From Hormiphora californensis (lineage: Eukaryota; Animalia; Ctenophora), in NCBI GenBank assembly GCA_020137815.1, contig CM035356.1, positions 7,626,001 to 7,690,000 of the forward strand: DNA of 64,000 nucleotides, in the 5' to 3' direction. The notes beneath the pieces were generated by a model, which saw only the letters and a program-made list of their open reading frames with translations, had not been told where the DNA came from and did no database searches. The position numbers were made by a program, and so were the translations under genes. The stretch's first letter is position 1, and each line of letters starts with the position of its first letter. Shown here piece after piece: positions 55,493 to 64,000 of this stretch.

Positions 55493-57799
55493 AGAGAGAG
55501 AGAGAGAGAGAGGAGGAGAGTACTTTAATAGAGAGTCGAGTAGAGAAGACTAGATGAGACCCCTTTTAGGAGCGGCGCCGAGATCGTAGGTCTATCTCGA
55601 ATCTGCCGGGAATCTATCTGATAGCTTCAGTCGCCCCTCAGATCGCTCTCTCATCTAGCTCTATCTCTCTTGCTCTCTCTACTCTCTCTTATCTCTAAAA
55701 GGGGGCGTTTCTCTTCTCCGAGAGTAGAAGATCGCGTTTTCTCGTTGTGATCGAAGAGGATTGTCTCCCTCATTACTCAGCTTAACCTTCAAAATAATCA
55801 TGGAATTACAAAAAGCAATGTTGCGATTCCGCTAATTGTAGTTTTGATCAGAGCTGCGATTACAAGACTAGACATACATGGCTGGGTTCCGTTAATGCCA
55901 AAGTGTGAGCCAACCAAAACCGTTCTGGAGTTGTTAAATTGTTATCTAGGGTAGTCTAATAGGCTGAGGAAGAGTGAGAGAGACTATTTAAGTGAGAGGA
56001 ACCTAAGAGAGGGGAACCTAAGAGAGGGAGACCTAAGAGAGAGAGGGGAAAGTAACGGATCGTTGCTTGCTATTTCCAGATACTAAGATAAGACATGATG
56101 AAATGAATTTAAGACAAATTAGCACGCATATAATGTCAATCTGAACTCATCTATCACACGGGTCATGAATAATTGTGGCGATGTCCTTTAAAGAATATAC
56201 CTTTTTGATAACATTTTGATTTTTGAGAACATTCAATTTTCATTTAAATGTTTCAATAGAGCTGAGAAACTCTATGGTTTACGTGTTTTATATTGACGAG
56301 AGTCGAGAGTGTGATCAGAATTATATATGACGAGATGAAGTATTTACCATCTAAGAATCTTTATAAGAGACGAATAATATTTCATAAAACTGAAATTTCA
56401 GTCGAGGGTTAGGCAGTTTGCGTCCTGAGCCCGCATCTGATGCATGTCTCAGAATGTGCAGAGACTATGAATGGAGAATCATTGGCAATCGTCGCGTGAC
56501 GAATCGTACCCAGAATGTACAAGCGAAGGAAGGGATGATCATTGCCGATCGTTTCAGTAGAGCTGTAGTAGTCTCGCAGCTATTGCCGGTTCACAGTCCT
56601 GATGGACATGTATAAGCGGGTAACCCGTATTATGATTGGTTTCGGGTTTGTGAATAGATCCTGATACAGCATATATACTATCAAGATGATGAGATGAGGG
56701 GGATGTGACAGCTGTTATATTGATCCAGATTCCGATCTTGCAAGGTAATTGGGAAATATAGATGAAAATTCAGTATGTCTTTCAATATGCCAATATGGCC
56801 TCATGCATAATAATAATAATTGTATCTCAGTGAACTGAATATGTATAGGTAATGATATTTCACCCGACAATCCGACATCGTGCAACGCGACTCTATATCT
56901 ATCACTGATTGTTGAGTAAGGGAGATCAGTGCAGAGCGATCAGCCTATCAGTGAAGTTTATTGCAGTAAAACCTCACTGTTAATATATCAACATTGCTTA
57001 GGGTTATAACTGCAGAAGGGGAGGGATGTAGTACTAAAGTACAGACCCGTCAAAGTCAATAAGGGCCAAAGGACTGGATAAGTCTTTATCGGCTTCAAAA
57101 AGCTGTGCTTCACATATTGTGATGAACTGGCGGCCGGTGAAAAGAAGTTTACCCTGTTCTAATTCACAGTTCGCATACCATCAGTTTGTAGAACTATGTG
57201 AATTGCTGGACCGGGCGACAAGTGGTGTTAAATGCGATGAAAAGTTGTTGAGTAAGGGGTGATAACAAATGATAAGCCGGACTTTAGGTCAGTTATAATA
57301 TAGAGAAGTAAAACTGGATAGTATGTAGATGTGTCTAAGAATCCAAGATACCTGCAGATCTGCGGTTTAATTCTGCACAGGGCGGGGTAAAAATAGCAAA
57401 GTTCCTCTCTGCATCAACAACAACAGCTGAGCTAGTTATGACAACGTGTGAAAATATTACAGTTATTATCATTCTTATATAGCTCTCTCTCTTGAGTTTT
57501 CATAATTTTCCCAGCGAACTGTTTTCAGGTGTGATCGGAAACTCGTTCTAATCTCTTCCACTAACTATCACGTCCTATTTTCTCTCCAGCTCTGATGAAC
57601 CCTAGCTCTCATGTCACTTGATCTCTAATAATAATTTTACTTAATCTCTAAAAGCGTATCTCTAATAGTATTAATCTCTAATAGTAATCGTAGTATAGTA
57701 TCGATCCCATGTACGGAGATGGTCTTCCGCAATCCCACGTTCTGCGCCTGTCACCGGGATACTTCTTCAGTCCCATCTTACCACATTGTGCGTGAGAGT

Positions 57800-58092
57800 G
57801 AGAGATAGAGATAGAGAGAGAGAGAGAGAGGAGAGAGAGGTAGAGAGAGGCGAGGAGATAGAGGAGAGAGAGTGAGAGAAGGACGAGAGAGACGAGAGAG
57901 AGGAGAGAGAAGAGGAGAGAGAGGAGAGAAAGAATGAGGGGAGAGAAGAGAGAGAGAAGAGAGGAGAGGAGGAGGAGAGAGAGAGAGGAGGGAGAGAGTA
58001 GAGAGGAGAGAGGAGAAGAGAGGGTGAGAGGGAGAGAGGAGAGTAGAGGAGTGAAGGAGAGGAGAGGAGGAGAGGAGAGTGAGAGTGAGAGT

Positions 58093-58166
<74 letters not shown>
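57800..58166. repeat. Degenerate (GA)n / purine-rich tract
   Basis: Direct observation. Confidence 0.9.
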
Positions 58167-60807
58167 TATGTACGTGATTATGTTGATAACATACAAGCTC
58201 GAAAAATATGAAACAACAGCAAAATGAAGTCACTATTCAAACTGCAAAAGTAAAATGACGGATCCTGTTTTTTCCTGAAGCAATCTGCTTGACGGCAGTT
58301 CTGCTACAAAAGAAGGTCGGGAGCCAATTAGAATGACACATGTTATGTGAGTCATACTGCAGTTATACTACATGGCATTGGCCATTGAATTGAGACTTAA
58401 ATGGCAAATTAGGGTGGTAGACTGATTGGGTATTATAGACAAGTTGGATAGATTGATCAATTCTTACGACAAGACCCACCCTAGTACAAATATTATGTTG
58501 ACCTTTGTTAATTGACAAGTAGCAGTAATTGATCCTAATTACCCTTCACTATTGCAAACATGTGTCCGTCGCTTGAGAAAACAATCCGTCACGCAAATGC
58601 AAGCCATCCGCAGGATTGCTATAATAGGATCCAGATTGTCAGAGTTTCTATTATTTTCTCTGATACAATGTGAGGCTAACAAACAGTTATCCGACCAACT
58701 GTCTACTATAGCTATTGCAGGATCCACTAGAACTCTTACATTTACATCTGAATGACATTAGGACTCGGACAACTGTACATACTACATCTTACACGCAAAC
58801 TGTCTGTTAGTATGTACCTACACTTCAAAAACACTAGCTGGTTGCTGAGTAAAGGCCGGGTGGAGAACGATATAATGAATTGGTGTATGTTGTTTTGGCT
58901 AACAACCCTCAGAGATAGCTGACATCAACAAACTTAGTACGAGGGGGGCACAACTGGACACCTGGGTACCATCTAACAGGTATTGAAGAGAAAGGGTGAG
59001 GGAGACAGAGAGAGTAAGGGGTTGAGAGAGAGAAGGAGAAAAGAAGATGGTGATAGTACAGAAGTGACTAATGGTAAAGATGATGCTCAAGGTCTGGTAT
59101 GTGTATTATACACAACAGCTGCACGGAATGACGAGAGAAGCAGGCAGGAAGGAGACATAGAGAATCCTGGGGGTTTGAGTCGGGAGAAAGAATTAGAGAG
59201 TAGGTTTATCTTAGACTATAAATGCATGTCTATAGACAATATAGACAACGATATATCGCTGTAGTATCAATGAGCACTTACCGACTGTGAAAATACTGCA
59301 GTGCTTCCATTCTTCATTCCTCACTTATCAGAGCATTGGCCTGACAGTTCCTCACTTCACGCTCCAAGTTCTCCGAGATGATAGACATTCATGAAGTCTT
59401 GCCAAACGATAGCTGAACCATGTGTTACAACGCATTCGTCACTTCAAAGTCATGGCTTCAAAGTGAATACTGAATAATTGTTTTATAAACAGAAGGCGAG
59501 GGAACTGAAGGATTCTACGATATACTGCAAGGTGTTTCTAGAGCCTGATAGGACCTCCGAGGAGAGATTGGAAAGGAGAAGAACTCTACAGACTCTGTGA
59601 TTTGAGAGTGTCACATCCTGAGGGACGTTACGTGATAAGACGTGGAGTGATTCAGTGTGTGTAGAACTCCGGGTGTTGCCTGTTATAGCGGGATTTTCCT
59701 GCGTTGGCAAAGCCCTTGATTGGGTGTGTGTAAATATTTGGTTTTCATTGTTTTCCGTTCCCTTTCTAAATTTTACCCCGATACAAAAAACAGTAATTAT
59801 TTAAGTTATTTCATACCGTATACCTTGCCATGCTATTATAGCACGCGATACTAAAGCACACTTTTTCAGCTAGATCAGGCTAAACATGTGCTTATATTAC
59901 CCGAGCGCTACGTAAAGTGTGCATCCCGTTACAGTAACGCGTTATACCGTTTCTCCACTGCAAGCAGCCGTGTCAAGGATTTAGAGACGAATTGTATGTT
60001 GACCTAAGAACCCTGAATCACAGACTCAAGGATTTAGAGACGTATCCCTGTTAAGAAGGGATCAATGCAGGAATACTGTATGAAGGACCTGGGAGACGCT
60101 GTGATTCGTTGGTTTGATGAATTTCCTTAATTTAGAATTGACATACTCGAGGAAGTTGATTTAAAAAATGGGGCGAATCGTTTTGAAACCAAAGATTGAG
60201 TAAAGGAAGGACCGAAAGTGATGAAGAATCGGGGAGACTGAGAAAATAATTATTTGTAATCTTAGTTCTCTTTATTATTATTATTATCATTATCTCTATC
60301 TTCATTATAGAGAGAAATAATTCTTTTGTCACGCGTGAATAAGGATATCCGGAGAAAGGGTGAAAGAGAAGTAGCACTTCATTTTGAACCATTTCCCCGG
60401 GCCCAATTGCTTAACCAAAGAACTTGATAGATTGCTCGTGAACCTGTTTCAATGTCACCAAGTACAATTTACATCAGTTTGTAGTTGCCGGATCAGCACT
60501 GCATCTCTCAGCTTTATCTCTAGCCTCGGGGGGGGGGGGGGGTCTAGCCTCGCTACTGCATCTAATTTCTGCAATCCAATCCTTGGTTTGCTGCTTTTTT
60601 AAATTGCCGGCTCTTATATATATACACAGACGTTTGGTTGTCAAGCAGTAAGGGACGCAGGTGGTAGATTGCCTCAAAATATACATTGGGAATCGCTTTC
60701 TGAATTTCAGAACTATTTTATGAACATAGGTCATAGTGCAACAGCCAACAAGCCCTTCTTTTATAGATAAGAGCAAACAACTACATAGCCGATATAACTC
60801 TGTGAAC

Positions 60808-61044
60808 ATGGCCCTCGTGTTTACTGTAAGGGTTATTTCATTGGTTTTAATGATGTACGTCATGTCACCTGAACCAGCTACTGAACCTGAATCGAACTGT
60901 GAAGTTGTTGAAGTGAATGGCTACCTACACGAACAGTGCGGTGTGAGAAATGGTAAACAGTTATTCAAGTGCCCCTGGTCTGGGTCAGATAAACTTTACC
61001 ATTTACTTACTGATAATGAAATAAATAAATACTGTGAATATTTT
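60808..61044 (+). CDS. 5' part of a Cys-rich LDLa-domain receptor (GRL101-like LDLa-LRR-GPCR family), signal peptide MALVFTVRVISLVLMMYVMS
   Basis: Hydrophobic N-terminus followed by a Cys-rich ectodomain ending ...NKYCEYF at the insertion site; the frame resumes exactly after the duplicated TGTGAATATTTT at 62478-62489. Confidence 0.75.
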
Positions 61045-62477
61045 AGGATAATGTTTTAATTATGCACTGAACTGCTGTAGACATCACCCACTCACTTCAC
61101 CCACACACAACACCCACACACATGACCAAGCCTGTACGACAGGTTATTGATCACCGGCTGTATTACAGCACGAGAGAGCCGTCACTAGTATCGTGCAGTG
61201 ATCCGAGGATCATGATAACAATTAATATGACGTGATCAACTGCTATAGCCCAACTGTTCATTCTGAGAATTCTGATACAAAGATATTATTTGCCGTACTG
61301 ATATATGAGGTAACTCCAACCCCCCAGTTTCATCTCCTTGTTTAACATGGGAGTTACCAAGGGAATCCACTGAGTTCGATTAATCTAGGCACATACCCAC
61401 AGTACTATTCGAATTGGCGTATCTTTATATCAGGAATCTCGGATAGCAACAATCCTTGTGTTTTATGAATGAACAGTCAGGCTATAGCAGTTGATCACGT
61501 CATATTAATTGTTATCATGATCCTCGGATCACTGCACGATACTAGTGACGGCTCTCTCGTGCTGTAATACAGCCGGTGATCAATAACCTGTCGTACAGGC
61601 TTGGTCATGTGTGTGGGTGTTGTGTGTGGGTGAAGTGAGTGGGTGATGTCTACAGCAGTTCAGTGCATAATTAAAACATTATCCTTGATACGTGAGCACT
61701 GCTGATAATAAGAGCCCTGTCTATACGCCTAATCTGTTCAGATAGCAATAAAACACAAGGATTGTTGCTATCCGAGATTCCTGATATAAAGATACGCCAA
61801 TTCGAATAGTACTGTGGGTATGTGCCTAGATTAATCGAACTCAGTGGATTCCCTTGGTAACTCCCATGTTAAACAAGGAGATGAAACTGGGGGGTTGGAG
61901 TTACCTCATATATCAGTACGGCAAATAATATCTTTGTATCAGAATTCTCAGAATGAACAGTTGGGCTATAGCAGTTGATCACGTCATATTAATTGTTATC
62001 ATGATCCTCGGATCACTGCACGATACTAGTGACGGCTCTCTCGTGCTGTAATACAGCCGGTGATCAATAACCTGTCGTACAGGCTTGGTCATGTGTGTGG
62101 GTGTTGTGTGTGGGTGAAGTGAGTGGGTGATGTCTACAGCAGTTCAGTGCATAATTAAAACATTATCCTTGATACGTGAGCACTGCTGATAATAAGAGCC
62201 CTGTCTATACGCCTAATCTGTTCAGATAGCAATAAAACACAAGGATTGTTGCTATCCGAGATTCCTGATATAAAGATACGCCAATTCGAATAGTACTGTG
62301 GGTATGTGCCTAGATTAATCGAACTCAGTGGATTCCCTTGGTAACTCCCATGTTAAACAAGGAGATGAAACTGGGGGGTTGGAGTTACCTCATATATCAG
62401 TACGGCAAATAATATCTTTGTATCAGAATTCTCAGAATGAACAGTTGGGCTATAGCAGTTGATCACGTCATATTAAT
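61045..62477. mobile_element. 1433-bp insertion with 12-bp TSD made of a 484-bp unit (422-bp inverted copy + ~2.1 tandem copies)
   Basis: TSD TGTGAATATTTT at 61033-61044 and 62478-62489; unit starts at 61467, 61951 and 62435; 61045-61466 is the reverse complement of 61748-62169. Confidence 0.85.
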
Positions 62478-62489
62478 TGTGAATATTTT

Positions 62490-64000
62490 CTGCCCACAAA
62501 ACGCTGCCCAAATGACCCGGGAGTTTACCAGGCATGCGGACATGATGGTTGTTCAGTGTACAGAGAACTGAACGGGACAACCCTCCTCTGTGGAACGTAC
62601 ACCTGCCAACATAATAAGTTAAATTATGTCTATGGTGGTAGCTATGGTGAGAAGGTAGCTCACTGTGAACCTAATTACCATTGTGACGGGGACTTGAACA
62701 TGATAGGTTGTGATGGTATAAGATGGTGTGATGGGGTATGTGGTAGTTGGTGGAACTGTGAAGATGAGTCATACTGTAACGGTGTTCAGTATGGTGTACA
62801 GTGTGGGGACAAATGGGTGCGTCCTCGCTTGATGTGTGATGGCTATTCAGATTGTCCCAATGGAGAAGATGAAATTGGGTGCTTCAATTGGACTACTGCT
62901 GACCATACCACATGTATTACTAAGCGGGGGACTAAACAACGTATCAAGATCCAGCAAAGTATGCGGTGCTTCAGGCCAAAATATTCAATATGTACCAATC
63001 GGCAGGATCATACCAACTGCAGTGATCCTGATAGAGTTGCAATGCAGTGTCTGTCAGAGGGATACCCAACAAACATTTCCATCTGGGGATACTGTGAGGG
63101 ATATGAAGATCTTTGTGATGATAATTACAATAATAAGTGCTTAGAACCTGAACTGGGGTGTACTATCCATAAAGGACAAAAGTGTGATGGACACGTTGAT
63201 TGTAAATTTAAAACAGACGAAATCTGCACAAGTCTCACTAACATTAGTTGTGTTCGAACATTCCGATCACAGCACATGGAAAGGAATACTCCACTCAGGA
63301 TACCATTGGAATGGGTTATGGACGACCAGATTGATTGCCTGGATGGGACAGATGAAGATCCAGACCAATGGAAAAAGTGTGTATCAGGAAACATCACCCA
63401 TTACATAGATCCCGAATCGGATTGTCAGCAGGTCCTCCTATGCCCGTCAGGAGACAAATTTGGGAAATTTATAGATCTTGCTAAACTTTGCGATGGAGTT
63501 AAAACGTGTTCTATTGAAAACGAACTTTGTGCAGCGGTCAATAATTTTGGAATTGAAGGAGTTGCTCGCACCGCTCGTATTACAAATAATGGTCAGCGGA
63601 TACTGCTACCTTGCGTATCGGGAGGAAGTGAGAACTCATCAAGCCAACTGACTAACTGTACGACGATAGAACACAAGACCGGACTCGCACAAACAGTTCT
63701 TGATGTCCAGAAACCTGTGATGATCATACTACCCAAAGAAAGGATAAACTGTTCACATTTGTATGGAGAAAACTATGTGTATGCGGCATGCAACAAACGT
63801 TGTCTGGATGCTGAATGCCCTCTCATCGATGTACCTGGAGACACTTGTCACAACAAAGTTGAATACAGAGTCCGAGCTCTCACAAAGAATAACACGCTAA
63901 CAACCTTGCTGAAAATCGAAAACGGTACAGAATCTCACAAGTACGACAAACAGATTTTCCCATGCGTCAACAAAAATTGTGTCCGATATGCAGAAGTATG
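62490..64000 (+). CDS. 3' continuation of the LDLa-rich receptor (open to window end; missing from the ORF track)
   Basis: Uninterrupted frame LPTKRCPNDPGVYQACG...CEDESYCNG...MCDGYSDCPNGEDEIGC...KCDGHVDC...DDQIDCLDGTDE...YGENYVYAAC...FPCVNKNCVRYAEV; CDGxxDCxxGxDE are LDL-receptor class A motifs; LRR/7TM parts would lie beyond the window (inferred). Confidence 0.85.
   Translation, partial: MPTKRCPNDPGVYQACGHDGCSVYRELNGTTLLCGTYTCQHNKLNYVYGGSYGEKVAHCEPNYHCDGDLNMIGCDGIRWCDGVCGSWWNCEDESYCNGVQYGVQCGDKWVRPRLMCDGYSDCPNGEDEIGCFNWTTADHTTCITKRGTKQRIKIQQSMRCFRPKYSICTNRQDHTNCSDPDRVAMQCLSEGYPTNISIWGYCEGYEDLCDDNYNNKCLEPELGCTIHKGQKCDGHVDCKFKTDEICTSLTNISCVRTFRSQHMERNTPLRIPLEWVMDDQIDCLDGTDEDPDQWKKCVSGNITHYIDPESDCQQVLLCPSGDKFGKFIDLAKLCDGVKTCSIENELCAAVNNFGIEGVARTARITNNGQRILLPCVSGGSENSSSQLTNCTTIEHKTGLAQTVLDVQKPVMIILPKERINCSHLYGENYVYAACNKRCLDAECPLIDVPGDTCHNKVEYRVRALTKNNTLTTLLKIENGTESHKYDKQIFPCVNKNCVRYAEV

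Noticed and set aside
55430-55750. Scrambled GA/CT region with short inverted repeats
   Set aside because: Looks like consensus noise next to a microsatellite
61045-62477. Insertion as a spliceosomal intron (introner) or hammerhead retrozyme
   Set aside because: No GT-AG pair restores the frame, and no CUGANGA/GAAA core was found on either strand
62836-63408. ORF-track proteins at 62836, 63125 and 63184
   Set aside because: Alternate-frame or antisense shadows of the LDLa receptor CDS

Overview
This is eukaryotic (animal) genomic DNA. It is rich in (GA)n/(CT)n microsatellites and non-autonomous DNA transposons, and it has no prokaryotic features. The cysteine-rich LDLa-type receptor at the right end resembles the expanded intronless LDLa/GRL101-like GPCR family of ctenophores, so a comb-jelly origin is my inference. 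Main signal: the minus strand from ~46.7 kb down to ~1.6 kb carries a cluster of variable 5' coding exons of one large gene whose constant body lies left of the window. About 10 exons (16.7-46.7 kb) end in a GT donor in phase 2. They can all splice in frame onto one 76-nt exon (16329-16404; phase 2 in, phase 0 out). A second tier of exons, mostly downstream of it (1.6, 4.0, 9.7 kb; one upstream at 18.3 kb), ends in phase 0. Many phase-2 exons end in a basic-aromatic helix (RNRWKKAV, RNRWKIL, SRFKAAA, KFKRAVV, KDAWIRAA, SKWEIV) resembling calmodulin-binding sites completed by the shared exon. RFX X-box motifs are enriched in the cluster. The introns hold several TIR/foldback elements: TA-TSD Tc1/mariner-type MITEs (one carrying a tRNA-like Pol III cassette), a 9-bp-TSD MULE/foldback, a Harbinger-like MITE, and a 3.4-kb palindrome centred on a MITE. 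At the right end a plus-strand LDLa-rich receptor ORF is interrupted by a 1433-bp insertion with a 12-bp TSD, built from inverted and tandem copies of a 484-bp unit. Regions 12.76-14.66 kb, ~38.9-40.1 kb, ~50.0 kb and ~55.5 kb look like low-quality consensus. All exon calls are from splice signals and reading frame only, without transcript data.
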